NCBI GenBank assembly: GCA_002269645.1 | Contig: NIVC01002791.1 | Coordinates: forward strand, 62,001-126,000 | Reading direction: 5' to 3' | Source of the DNA: Macrostomum lignano | Lineage: Eukaryota | Length of the DNA: 64,000 nucleotides | Shown here: positions 24,058 to 36,851 of the stretch, piece after piece | How positions within the stretch are numbered: the first letter of the stretch is position 1 | Layout: every line of letters starts with the position of its first letter | Program-made: the position numbers and the translations under genes | The notes under the pieces: generated by a model | Seen by the model: the letters and a program-made list of their open reading frames with translations, nothing else | The model's database searches: none | Told to the model about the DNA's origin: nothing

Positions 24058-25011
24058 ATGATTCCTGAAAAGCTGCCCACTGAACAGGGAAGCGAGATCA
24101 ACACGCAGGAGACTCGATCTGAGAACCAAACGAGTCAGGCGCTGTACCACGTGTCGAGAACTCTGGGAGACCGCCTGTCCCCCATGGCTCGCTCTCGGTC
24201 GGTCCTCGACCAATACGAGGCTCTGACGGCGGCCGTCTACCTCACCTCCAGCGCTGCCAGCCCCGCTTTCGTCAGTCGGGAGGCTCGCCGTCGGTCCTTC
24301 GAGCTGGACGACGCCTGGAGACGCCGAGGCGGCCGACAGTCGCCGGAGGACATGGTCGAGAGCGGCTTCTTCTACCTTGGAGAGGCCCACCACGTCAAGT
24401 GCTTCTTCTGCGACCTCGGCCTCAGATACTGGGACTCTGGAGACGTGCCGGAGGCGGAGCACGCCAAGTTCAGCCCGCTGTGCTTCTTCTTGAAGAGCTC
24501 GCGCGGTCTCGACTGGCTGCGGAGATCGAGTCCGCGACCTCCGAACTATCCGACATCGTACAGCCGGCAGGACCACAACCAGCTGCTGCCGAGATTGGCT
24601 GTGCAGACGAGAAGATTCTCGGACTTCAGGAAGCTGGGCTACTGTCCCACCAAAGTGCTGCTGTGCGTGGCCAGGAAGTTCATCCGTCAAAGAAGGTTGC
24701 TTGAACCAGAGGATCTGATCCACGAGCTGTACTGCGATCAGAACAGAGAGCGGCCAATTTTCAGCTCAGAATTCGATCTCGACACCGCGTTGAACTCTGT
24801 CTGCAGCCAAGCCAGCACTCCTGACAATGCAGATCAGCAGGACCTGAGCAGCGCACTTTGCCGACTTTGCCGGAGCCGACCGCTGGAGATTGTCTTCCAG
24901 CCATGCCGGCACTTCTGCTCCTGCCGGCAGTGCGCTGAGCTGCTTCAAGTCTGCCCAAGGAACCACTGTCAGTTGAGAATTACCGACAAACTGAGAGCTT
25001 ATATTTGTTAG
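24058..25011 (+). CDS. IAP-family E3 ligase copy 2: BIR, UBA-like and C-terminal RING domains (317 aa, single exon)
   Basis: ATG-initiated ORF. Intact BIR motif CFFC-x16-H-x6-C (HAKFSPLC), KLGY segment, and C-terminal RING CRLC...VFQPCRHFCSCRQCA...CP typical of IAPs. Confidence 0.9.
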   Translation: MIPEKLPTEQGSEINTQETRSENQTSQALYHVSRTLGDRLSPMARSRSVLDQYEALTAAVYLTSSAASPAFVSREARRRSFELDDAWRRRGGRQSPEDMVESGFFYLGEAHHVKCFFCDLGLRYWDSGDVPEAEHAKFSPLCFFLKSSRGLDWLRRSSPRPPNYPTSYSRQDHNQLLPRLAVQTRRFSDFRKLGYCPTKVLLCVARKFIRQRRLLEPEDLIHELYCDQNRERPIFSSEFDLDTALNSVCSQASTPDNADQQDLSSALCRLCRSRPLEIVFQPCRHFCSCRQCAELLQVCPRNHCQLRITDKLRAYIC

Positions 25012-25839
25012 TGATGTAAAGGGACTGAAGTTCCCTTTTTTGTCTGTACAGCTTGTACTCGTATCTGTCTCTCTCTCTCTCTGACAGAATGTCGTGCACT
25101 CTCGTCCCTGTTCGCAAACCCCGTGAAGCTATTTTTAGCAGCTTGATATATAAAAATCTTTGCTAGTATTGTTATTGCAGCGATATGTAACTAAATTTTC
25201 ACCAATATTATTACATGTTGTTCTATTTGTTGCTCTGCTATTTTCCGTAGCATTTTTTTACAAAAAATACAATCTAAAGGAAAATCGATACTAGGAATCA
25301 GATTTTTGATATTTATAAAATTACGATAATCCATACTGCCTGCTAACTGACAGTAGAATGCAACTACAGTTTTTATCATAAAATTTCTTATTGATGAATC
25401 AATTTATTGTGAGCTAGATTGCAGTAAGCACAAAAGGATTTTAAAGAATCAGTGGTTTAACTTTAATTTGAAGCAAAAATACATGCATCTACCATCTAAC
25501 ACAAAGTTAATTTGCGTGCTTTGATTAGTCACTACAGTTTAGCTATAAATCAATCTGCCATTCGATCAATTATTCACCTTTAACTGATAGGAAATCCTTG
25601 AAATTGTATTCCATAGAAAACCTGCAATTTCGGAAATGGTCTTCTCGTGAAACTGGCAGGGCCACAACTGTGTACATAAAGTTTAAGTTCAGATCAGTGT
25701 GGCAGGGGGGACATGCCCCCCTCAATAAATGCCATGGGGAGAAATGCCAAAGCTTTGTCCCCCAGCCGCACCAATTGTGGCTCGTTATGGTAAGCAATAA
25801 TTTTGCTTCATGGCGCCAAAATGTAGCGCCTTCTGTACC

Positions 25840-26482
25840 AAAATGAGTGCCTGCGGCGCCAAAATAATTGCCTGCGGTGCTATAATGAGTGCCTGCGGCG
25901 CCAAAATGAGTGCCTGCGGTGCCAAAATGAGTGCCTGCGGTGCCAAAATGAGTGCCTGCGGTGCTATAATGAGTGCCTGCGGCGCCAAAATGAGTGCCTG
26001 CGGCGCCAAAATAATTGCCTGCGGTGCTATAATGAGTGCCTGCGGCGCCAAAATGAGTGCCTGCGGTGCTAAAATGAGTGCCTGCGGTGCTATAATGAGT
26101 GCCTGCGGCGCCAAAATGAGTGCCTGCGGTGCTAAAATGAGTGCCTGCGGCGCCAAAATGAGTGCCTGCGGTGCTAAAATGAGTGCCTGCGGTGCCAAAA
26201 TGAGTGCCTGCGGTGCTATAATGAGTGCCTGCGGCGCCAAAATGAGTGCCTGCGGCGCCAAAATAATTGCCTGCGGTGCTATAATGAGTGCCTGCGGCGC
26301 CAAAATGAGTGCCTGCGGTGCCAAAATGAGTGCCTGCGGTGCCAAAATGAGTGCCTGCGGCGCCAAAATGAGTGCCTGCGGTGCCAAAATGAGTGCCTGC
26401 GGTGCCAAAATGAGTGCCTGCGGTGCCAAAATGAGTGCCTGCGGTGCCAAAATGAGTGCCTGCGGTGCCAAAATGAGTGCCT
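25840..26482. repeat. 21-bp minisatellite (GCCAAAATGAGTGCCTGCGGY)
   Basis: About 30 tandem units. Confidence 0.95.
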
Positions 26483-27964
26483 AAGGGTGTCGGGTCTTTC
26501 TTGTATTAATATTAATAGTCTGCAGATCTTTTTTTAATTCTCTGTTTATAGTCTATGGCTTATCTGGGCGTAGTCTATGGCGACGTTTTTCTTAACGCCT
26601 CTCGTGCCGGATTGTATGGATAGCATATGGTATGGAGTCTCCTGTTTTGACTACCCGCATAGAAAATGCGAAGCTACGAAGAAAGCAAACAAATGTGATT
26701 AAAGTGAGCAAACCAACTGCTGCACTCTTGGCAACGGTGATAATCTGTTGATTGATTTCATCTGGTGGCCTCTCCAGCTCCATTTGTACGGCTGGCACGG
26801 CTTGTCTAAATTTAACTGCTCTGTGCCACAGACCATAGACGGTGTTTTGACCATAGACGAAAGTTAGATGGTCGAATCTTCGCATTGGTCGAAGTCCTGA
26901 AACGAATTCCTCGAATTCTAATAGCATAATATCGGAGATACAGATAGAATTTGTGCCAAAAATATAAATTACGAGCGATTTTGTTTTAAGTAGATAAACA
27001 TATATATTTAATATATTAAGTATTTAAGTGCTGTTAAGATTTAGAAATTTAGAGACAGCATATAAACATTACCAAATGGTCGAATGTCGTGATCAGGATG
27101 GAGAAAATTTTGGAGTCAAACAAAGTAATTGTAATAGTTTAGCATCTTTTTGCTCCAGACTCTGAAGCATGGAACACCTGCTTCTGCCTGCGGCTTGCCC
27201 GCCCCATCGCTGATAAAGTATACATCCTGCTCTTATGGGATCATTTAATACGGCTCTGTTCAGACAAAATATTCGGAGAAAGTTAGGCGGTAGAATATTA
27301 ACACGCGAGTTAAGTAGGGAACAGTTTTAAAATTTCAAATTTTCAAATATGATTTTTAAATTTACATCAATCTCCCATATACTAAAAATGAAATGTCTGT
27401 AGCTATGCGATAGATTTCAGAAAAATTGGCTCAACCGATTTTCTTCAAACTTGCACCATTCGATCAGAAATTTTCCTGGCACGGTACATGCATCTTGGCT
27501 AAGAAATTGCTCAATGTTAAAGGGATTAAATATTCGAAAAACATGCTTTTTTGCAAAGGTCAAGCAGCTCTTTTGACCTGAAATGCATTGTAAAAATGCG
27601 AGAGAAAAAACTCACTGACTGAATTTCAATTGTGATAAAGATTGCATCACAAGTTGAAAACAGTGTCAAAGAAATGCACACACGACTTGATTGAAATTGT
27701 GTAGCCATATTGCTAACTTAAATTGAGACTGATACTGGCTGACTGAGAAATTGATTATGTCATAACTTTTTACTCCAATTGACTTGCTGTAAGAATTGAA
27801 TTATAAGGGCCACAATTCATGTTCTTCAATTGAAAAGAGATAGCCCTGATGCGAACAGACTGGAATGCTAATGTAGCGACCTGGGTTCGAATCTTAGTAG
27901 TGCAAAAATATATTTTTTATTAAAACACCTTTAAAACACAACAAAACTGCTAAACATCAAAGAA

Positions 27965-29355
27965 GCGCAATGTCAAACATAGAAGAGCCAACATATCGAA
28001 CATAAAAGAGTTACCATATCAAACATAGAAGAGCCACCATGTCGAACATTAAAGAGCCACCATGTCAAACATAAAAGACCCACCATGTCAAACATAAAGA
28101 GCCACCCTGTCAAACATTTAGGAGCCACCATGTCAAACATATATGTGACTTAAAGTCAAACATTAAAGAGCCACCATTTCAAACCTTAAAAAGCCACTAT
28201 GTCGAACATTAAAGAGCCACCATGTCTAACATAAAAGAGCTATACCATGAAGAACATTAAAGAGCCACCATGTCGAACATAAAAGAGCCACCATGTAGAA
28301 TATTAAAGAGCCACCATGTCAAACTTTAAGAGCCACCATGTCGAACATTAAAGAGCCACCATGTCAAACATTTAAGAGCCACCATGTCAAATATATATGT
28401 GACTTTATGTCAAAAATTAAAGAGCCACCATGTCGAACATTAAAGTGCCACCATGTGCAACATAAAAGAGCTATATCATGAAGAACATCAAAGAGCCACC
28501 ATGTTAAAAATTAAAGAGCCACCATGTGAAACATTAAAGAGCCACCATGTCAAACATTTAAGAGCCACCATTTCGAACACTAAAAAGCCACCATGTCAAA
28601 CAATTAAGAGCCACCATGTCAAACATTAAAGAGCGACTTTGTCGAACATTAAAGAGCCACCATGTAGAATATTAAAGAGCCACCATGAAGAACATTAAAG
28701 AGCCACCATGTCAAACATTTAGAAGCCACCATGCCAAAGATTTAAGAGCCACCATGTCAAACATAAAAGAGCCACCATGTTAAACGTTAAAGAGCCACCA
28801 TGTCAAACATAGAAGAGCCACCATGTCAGATATTAAAAAGAGCCACCATGTCGAACATAAAAGAGCCACCATGTCAAACATTAAAGAGCCACCATGTCAA
28901 ACATATATGTGACTTTATTTCAAACATATATGTGACTTTATGTCAAACATATATGTGACTTTATGTCAAACATTAAAGAGCCACCATGTCAAACATTAAA
29001 GAGCCACCATGTGAAACATTAAAGAGCCATTATGTCAAACCTAAAAGAGCCACCATGTCGAACATTAAAGAGCCACCATGTCAAACATAAATCTGGCATG
29101 ATGTCAAACATTAAAGTGCCACCATATCGAACATTAAAGAGCCACCATGTCTAATAGTAAAGAGCCACCATGTCAAACATTAAAGGGCCATCATGTAGAA
29201 CATTAAAGAGCCACCATGTCGAACATTAAAGAACCACCATGTCAAAAATAGAAGAGCCACCATGTCAAACATAGAAGAGCCGCCATGTCGAACATTAAAG
29301 AGCCACCATGTCTAACATTAAAGAGCCACCATGTCTAACAGTAAAAAGCCACCAT
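27965..29355. repeat. 23-bp satellite (TTAAAGAGCCACCATGTCAAACA) inside Helitron A
   Basis: About 60 degenerate units. Confidence 0.95.
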
Positions 29356-29357
29356 GT

Positions 29358-29748
29358 CGCCTGCTATCTGGGGGTGCTTGCTATCTGGGAGAGCCTGCTA
29401 TCTGGGGGTGCTTGCTATCTGGGGGTGCTTGCTATCTGGGGGTGCCTGCTATCTGGGGGTGCTAGCTTTCTGGGGGTGCTTGCTATCTGGGGGTGCTTGC
29501 TATCTGGGGTGCTTGCTATCTGGGGGTGCCTGCTATCTGGGGGTGCTTGCTATCTGGGGGTGCTTGCTATCTGGGTTGCTTGTTATCTGGGGGATGCTTG
29601 CTATCTGGGTGGTGCCTGTTATCTGGGGGGTGCTTGCTATCTGGGGGGATGCTTGCTATCTGGGGGGTGCTTGCTATCTGGGGGGATGCTTGCTATCTGG
29701 GGGATGCTTGCTATCTGGAGGTGCTTGCTATCTGGGGGGATGCTTGCT
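29358..29748. repeat. 17-19-bp G-rich minisatellite (GGGGTGCTTGCTATCTG) inside Helitron A
   Basis: About 22 units with variable G-run length. Confidence 0.95.
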
Positions 29749-30521
29749 GTCTTAGGATGTTTTCTTTTTGCATTGCACTTCATCTGAGCAGTTTTTCTAT
29801 TGACTATGTGAAGGCTTTGTTAGGCCATCTTATTGATACTTGTAGAGAACAGAGATTCTATCTAGATGTCCCCCGTCGGGGGGCGAAGATTGCTAGTCCA
29901 ATATACTAAAAATGGTCTGTCTGTGTCTATCTATCTATCTATGTGATTGATTAGAGAAAAAATGGCTGGACCGATTTTGTTCGAACTTGCACTGTTCGAT
30001 CAGAAATTTTCCCGTGACTGTACATGCATCGCGGCTAAGAAATTGCTCGATGCTAAAGGCATTAAATATTCGAAAAACATGCTTTTTTGCAAAGGTCAAG
30101 CAAACTTTTCGACTTGAAATGCATTGTAAGAATGCTAGAGAAAAAACTGACTGGTTGAATTCTGATTCTGAAATAGATTGCATCATAACTGAATTGTAAC
30201 TCCGACTTGAATTGAAAATGCAGTGTGGAAGCGTAGCACCAGACTTGATTTAAATTGCGTAACCATATTGTTAACTGATACCGACTGACTGAGAAACTGA
30301 TTATGTCACAACTGCTTCGTGTGATTTACTCTATGCTTGGATTTTAAAGTGTTGAATTATTTAAGTGCAAAATTTGATGTTATCAAAAGATGAGAGCTAG
30401 CCTAGAGGTGAACAAACTGAACTGCTAAATGCAGCGACGATGGTTCGAATTTTCATAGAGTATAATTTTTTTTAATTAAAGATTTTCAGCGTAAGGAAAA
30501 CTAAAAGACTTTTTAAAAAGA

Positions 30522-33500
30522 AGCGTCATGTAAAAATCATAGAAGCGTCATATAAACAATCATAGAAGCGTCATGTAAAAAATCATAGAAGCGTCATGTA
30601 AACAATCATAGAAGCGTTATGTAAAAAATCGTAGAAGCGTCATATTAAAATCATAGAAGCGCCATTTAAAAAATCATAGAAGCGTCATGTAAAAAATCAT
30701 AGAAGCGTCATGTAAACAATCATAGAAGCGTCATGTAAAAAATCATAAGAAGCGTCATGTAAACAATCATAGAAGCGTCATGTAAAAAAAATCATAGAAG
30801 CGTCATGTAAACAATCATAGAAGCGTCATGTAAAAAATCGTAGAAGCGTCATATTAAAATCATAGAAGCGTCATTTAAAAAATCATAGAAGCGTCATGTA
30901 AAAAATCATAGAAGCGTCATGTAAACAATCATAGAAGCGTCATGTAAAAAATCATAAGAAGCGTCATGTAAACAATCATAGAAGCGTCATGTAAAAAAAA
31001 TCATAGAAGCGTCATGTAAACAATCATAGAAGCGTCATGTAAAAAATCGTAGAAGCGTCATATTAAAATCATAGAAGCGTCATTTAAAAAATCATAGAAG
31101 CGTCATGTAAAAAATCATAGAAGCGTCATTTAAAAAATCATAGAAGCGTCAATATGTAAACAATCATAGAAGCGTCATGTAAAAAATCGTAGAAGCGTCA
31201 TATAAAAATCATAGAAGCGCCATTTAAAAAATCATAGAAGCGTCATGTAAAAAATCATAAGAAGCGTCATGTAAACAATCATAGAAGCGTCATATAAAAA
31301 TCATAGAAGTGTCATATAAAATATCATAAAAGCGTCATGTAAACAATCATAGAAGCGTCATGTAAAAAAGCATAGAAGCGTCATGTAAAAAATCATAGAA
31401 GCGTCATGTAAACAATCATAGAAGCGTCATGTAAAAAATCGTAGAAGCGTCATATTAAAATCATAGAAGCGTCATTTAAAAAATCATAGAAGCGTCATGT
31501 AAAAAATCATAGAAGCGTCATGTAAAAAATCATAGAAGCGTCATTTAAAAAATCATAGAAGCGTCAATATGTAAACAATCATAGAAGCGTCATGTAAAAA
31601 ATCGTAGAAGCGTCATATAATAATCATAGAAGCGCCATTTAAAAAATCATAGAAGCGTCATGTAAAAAATCATAAGAAGCGTCATGTAAACAATCATAGA
31701 AGCGTCATATAAAAATCATAGAAGTGTCATATAAAATATCATAGAAGCGTCATGTAAACAATCATAGAAGCGTCATGTAAACAATCATAGAAGCGTTATG
31801 TAAAAAATCGTAGAAGCGTCATATTAAAATCATAGAAGCGTCATGTAAAAAATCATAGAAGCGTCATGTAAACAATCATAGAAGCGTCATGTAAACAATC
31901 ATAGAAGCGTCATGTAAACAATCATAGAAGCGTCATGTAAAAAATCATAGAAGCGTCATGTAAACAATCATAGAAGCGTCATTTAAAAAATCATAGAAGC
32001 GTCAATATGTAAACAATCATAGAAGCGTCATGTAAAAAATCGTAGAAGCGTCATATAAAAATCATAGAAGCGCCATTTCAAAAATCATAGAAGCGTCATG
32101 TAAAAAATCATAAGAAGCGTCATGTAAACAATCATAGAAGCGTCATGTAAAAAAATCATAGAAGCGTCATGTAAACAATCATAGAAGCGTCATGTAAAAA
32201 ATCGTAAAAGCGTCATATTAAAATCATAGAAGCGTCATTTAAAAAATCATAGAAGCGTCATGTAAAAAATCATAGAAGCGTCATTTAAAAATCATAGAAG
32301 CGTTATGTAAAAAATCGTAGAAGCGTCATATTAAAATCATAGAAGCGTCATTTAAAAAATCATAGAAGCGTCATGTAAAAAATCATAGAAGCGTCATTTA
32401 AAAATCATAGAAGCGTCATTTAAAAAATCATAGAAGCGTCAATATGTAAACAATCATAGAAGCGTCATGTAAAAAATCGTAGAAGCGTCATATAAAAATC
32501 ATAGAAGCGCCATTTAAAAAATCATAGAAGCGTCATGTAAAAAATCATAAGAAGCGTCATGTAAACAATCATAGAAGCGTCATATAAAAATCATAGAAGT
32601 GTCATATAAAATATCATAGAAGCGTCATGTAAACAATCATAGAAGCGTCATGTAAAAAATCATAGAAGCGTCATGTAAAAAATCATAGAAGCGTCATGTA
32701 AAAAATCATAGAAGCGTCATGTAAACAATCATAGAAGCGTCATGTAAACAATCATAGAAGCGTCATGTAAACAATCATAGAAGCGTCATGTAAACAATCA
32801 TAGAAGCGTCATGTAAACAATCATAGAAGCGTCATGTAAACAATCATAGAAGCGTCATGTAAACAATCATAGAAGCGTCATTTAAAAAATCATAGAAGCG
32901 TCATGTAAACAATCATAGAAGCGTCATGTAAAAAATCGTAGAAGCGTCATATAAAAATCATAGAAGCGCATTTAAAAATCATAGAAGCGTCATGTAAAAA
33001 ATCATAAGAAGCGTCATGTAAACAATCATAGAAGCGTCATGTAAAAAATCATAGAAGCGTCATGTAAACAATCATAGAAGCGTCATGTAAAAAATCGTAG
33101 AAGCGTCATGTAAAAAATCATAGAAGCGTCATGTAAAAAATAATAGAAGCGTCATTTAAAAATCATAGAAGCGTCATTTAAAAATCATAGAAGCGTCATT
33201 TAAAAAATCATAGAAGCGTCATATAAACAATCATAGAAGCGTCATGTAAAAAATCGTAGAAGCGTCATATAAAAATCATAGAAGCGCATTAAAAAATCAT
33301 AGAAGCGTCATGTAAAAAATCATAAGAAGCGTCATGTAAACAATCATAGAAGCGTCATGTAAAAAAAATCATAGAAGCGTCATGTAAACAATCATAGAAG
33401 CGTCATGTAAAAAATCGTAGCAGCGTCATATTAAAATCATAGAAGCGTCATTTAAAAAATCATAGCAGCGTCATGTAAAAAATCATAGAAGCGTCATTTA

Positions 33501-35530
33501 AAAATCATAGAAGCGTCATTTAAAAAATCATAGAAGCGTCATATGTAAACAATCATAGAAGCGTCATGTAAAAAATCGTAGAAGCGTCATATAAAAATCA
33601 TAGAAGCGCATTTAAAAAATCATAGAAGCGTCATGTAAAAAATCATAGAAGCGTCATGTAAACAATCATAGAAGCGTCATGTAAAAAAATCATAGAAGCG
33701 TCATGTAAACAATCATAGAAGCGTCATGTAAAAAATCGTAGAAGCGTCATATTAAAATCATAGAAGCGTCATTAAAAAATCATAGAAGCGTCATGTAAAA
33801 AATCATAGAAACGTCATGTAAAAAATCATAGAAGCGTCATTAAAAATCATAGAAGCGTCATATGTAAACAATTATAGAAGCGTCATGTAAAAAATCGTAG
33901 AAGCGTCATATAAAAATCATAGAAGCGTCATTTAAAAAATCATAGAAGCGTCATGTAAAAAATCATAAGAAGCGTCATGTAAACAATCATAGAAGCGTCA
34001 TATAAAAATCATAGAAGTGTCATATAAAAATCATAGAAGCGTCATGTAAACAATCATAGAAGCGTCATGTAAACAATCATAGAAGCGTCATGTAAAAAAT
34101 CGTAGAAGCGTCATATAAAATCATAGAAGCGTCATGTAAAAAATCATAGAAGCGTCATGTAAACAATCATAGAAGCGTCATGTAAACAATCATAGAAGCG
34201 TCATGTAAACAATCATAGAAGCGTCATGTAAACAATCATAGAAGCGTCATGTAAACAATCATAGAAGCGTCATTAAAAATCATAGAAGCGTCATATGTAA
34301 AAATCATAGAAGCGTCATGTAAAAAATCGTAGAAGCGTCATATAAAAATCATAGAAGCGTCATTAAAAATCATAGAAGCGTCATGTAAAAAATCATAGAA
34401 GCGTCATGTAAACAATCATAGAAGCGTCATGTAAAAAATCATAGAAGCGTCATGTAAACAATCATAGAAGCGTCATGTAAAAAATCGTAAAAGCGTCATA
34501 TTAAAATCATAGAAGCGTCATTTAAAAAATCATAGAAGCGTCATGTAAAAAATCATAGAAGCGTCATTTAAAAATCATAGAAGCGTCATTTAAAAAATCA
34601 TAGAAGCGTCATGTAAAAAATCATAGAAGCGTCATTTAAAAATCATAGAAGCGTCATGTAAAAAATCATAGAAGCGTCATGTAAACAATCATAGAAGCGT
34701 CATGTAAAAAATCGTAGAAGCGTCATATAAAAATCATAGAAGCGTCATGTAAACAATCATAGAAGCGTCATGTAAAAAATCGTAGAAGAGTCATATTAAA
34801 ATCATAGAAGCGTCATTTAAAAAATCATAGAAGCGTCATGTAAAAATCATAGAAGCGTCAAATAAAAATCATAGAAGCGTCATTTAAAAAATCATAGAAG
34901 CGTCATGTAAACAATCATAGAAGCGTCATGTAAAAAATCGTAGAAGCGTCATATAAAATCATAGAAGCGCCATTTAAAAAATCATAGAAGCGTCATGTAA
35001 AAAATCATAGAAGCGTCATGTAAACAATCATAGAAGCGTCATATAAAAATCATAGAAGCGTCATATAAAATATCATAGAAGCGTCATGTAAAAAATCATA
35101 GAAGCGTCATATAAAATATCATAGAAGCGTCATGTAAAAAATCATAGAAGCGTCATGTAAACAATCATAGAAGCGTCATGTAAACAATCATAGAAGCGTC
35201 ATGTAAACAATCATAGAAGCGTCATGTAAAAAATCGTAGAAGCATCATGTAAAAAATCATAGAAGCGTCATGTAAACAATCATAGAAGCGTCATGTAAAC
35301 AATCATAGAAGCGTCATGTAAACAATCATAGAAGCATCATGTAAAAAATCGTAGAAGCGTCATATAAAAATCGTAGAAGCGTCATGTAAACAATCATAGA
35401 AGCGTCATGTAAACAATCATAGAAGCGTCATGTAAACAATCATAGAAGCGTCATGTAAAAAACTAATGAAAGTGTCTTTTAAAAAATTAAGAAGCATCAT
35501 GGTAGAATAAAAGAAGCGTCATGTCAGACA
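30522..35530. repeat. ~5-kb, ~22-bp satellite (AATCATAGAAGCGTCATGTAAAM) inside Helitron B
   Basis: More than 200 tandem units. Confidence 0.98.
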
Positions 35531-36372
35531 TGAAGGGTGTCATGTAAAAATTAAATGCAGCTATAATGCTGTGCTGGGGAGAAAAAACTGAGACGTAAAG
35601 GCTCTCAGAGAATAACTGAGATTACGGGGGGGGGTTTCTGAGATGTCAAAGCAAAAGTCAGAAGCTACTTCAAAGTTCATGTACTTTACTCAATTTTTTT
35701 ATTGCATTCTTTGTTGGCTCGCCACAGGGGGGCGCTGATAGAAGAATAGTCATGTAAAAAATAAAAGTAGCACTACAAGCGTATGTATACATAAAAGAAA
35801 AGTCATGTTCAAGTTAAAAGATTCATTTGGGAATTGCTACGATGTCAAAGCTTGGTGGAAATCGTTATAGTGCTGTGATTCTTAAAGAATGAATCACTAA
35901 AATGTCAAGGCTTAGGGGAGAAGAATTGCTGAGATTTCAAGGCTTTAGGTTGGGTTAAAGTTAGGTTTAGGTCAGGTGTGGGTTGAGGGTTATATTTTAT
36001 CGGGTTTCAAGGTTAACAGAATAACAGGGGATTTTTTAGATTTCAAGGTTTATGGGGGCCATCGCTGACATGTTAAGGCTTACGGGGGGAATAGCTGAGA
36101 TGTCAAGGCTCACGGGGGTATAAATGAGATTTCAAGGCTAAAGTCAGAAGCTACATGTAGTTTATTGAAAACTTTTTATTACATTATTTGATGCCTTTTC
36201 AGGGGAGGGATCGCTGATAAAAAAGTGTAATGTAAAAAATAAAAGAAGCTTCATGTCGAAGTTAAGATATTCATTTGGGAATCCCTACGATGTCGAGGCT
36301 TGCAGGGAATCGCTATAATGCTGTAGTAGTGCTATTATGACTCTTAGAGAGAATTACTGAAATTTCAATGCT

Positions 36373-36434
36373 TTAGGGTTAGGTTAAGGTTAGGGTTAGG
36401 GTTAGGGTTAGGGTTAGGCTAGGGTTAGGGTTAG
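36373..36434 (+). repeat. Interstitial telomeric-type (TTAGGG)n tract
   Basis: About 10 units, a few degenerate. A more decayed paralogous tract lies at ~35945-35991. Confidence 0.85.
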
Positions 36435-36851
36435 AAGGTTGACAGATATTTTTAGATTTCCAAGGCTTATTGGGGGCATTGCTGAGATGTCAAGGGGGGA
36501 AGTTGATATGTTAAAGCTTGTGGGGGGATTATTGACATGTCAAGGCTTACAAGGTTTGACAGGAGATTTTTAAAGGTTTCAAGGATATATATGTAGCTTA
36601 TTAAAAAAACGTGTATTGCATTTCTTTGGCTCCCCAACGGGGGGCGTAGATTGCTAGTGTTTGCTAATGCTGAAAGTACAATTAAATAGCTTTTATGTAA
36701 CAGCAAACAATTCAAGATCGATTTCGGTTTTAAACATAAAACATATCTAGACAGAATAACAAAACTACAAAGCGCTAACAAGGACAATGAGGCTAATGTG
36801 CATTTTAAATCTGCACATGATTTTGCGAGAGAGCTATAGTCTGTTAATAAC

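Larger units (their letters stand above)
27371..29896 (+). mobile_element. Non-autonomous Helitron-like element A with internal satellites
   Basis: Preceded by A (27370) and starts with TC. ATATACTAAAAATG at 27377, then the aaaattggctcaaccgatttt motif. 3' hairpin CCCCC-GTC-GGGGG followed by cgaagattgCTAG (29893-29896). Confidence 0.75.
29897..36657 (+). mobile_element. Non-autonomous Helitron-like element B, head-to-tail with A
   Basis: Starts with TC immediately after the CTAG of element A, with ATATACTAAAAATG at 29901. Its first ~550 bp are homologous to 27377-27960. 3' hairpin CCCC-AAC-GGGG then cgtagattgCTAG (36654-36657), followed by T. Confidence 0.75.

Noticed and set aside
19516-24723. 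Antisense and alternative-frame ORFs over the IAP genes (similarly over CORO7 and the LINEs)
   Set aside because: Shadow ORFs arising from GC-rich codon usage.
8047-25011. Endogenous large DNA virus (orphan ORF, recombinase and IAPs together)
   Set aside because: No viral core genes are recognisable, gene density is low, and host-type SINE, LTR and satellite sequences are interspersed.
36373-36434. Chromosome end or healed telomere
   Set aside because: Only about 10 units, embedded in a reiterated TE module with ordinary sequence on both sides.
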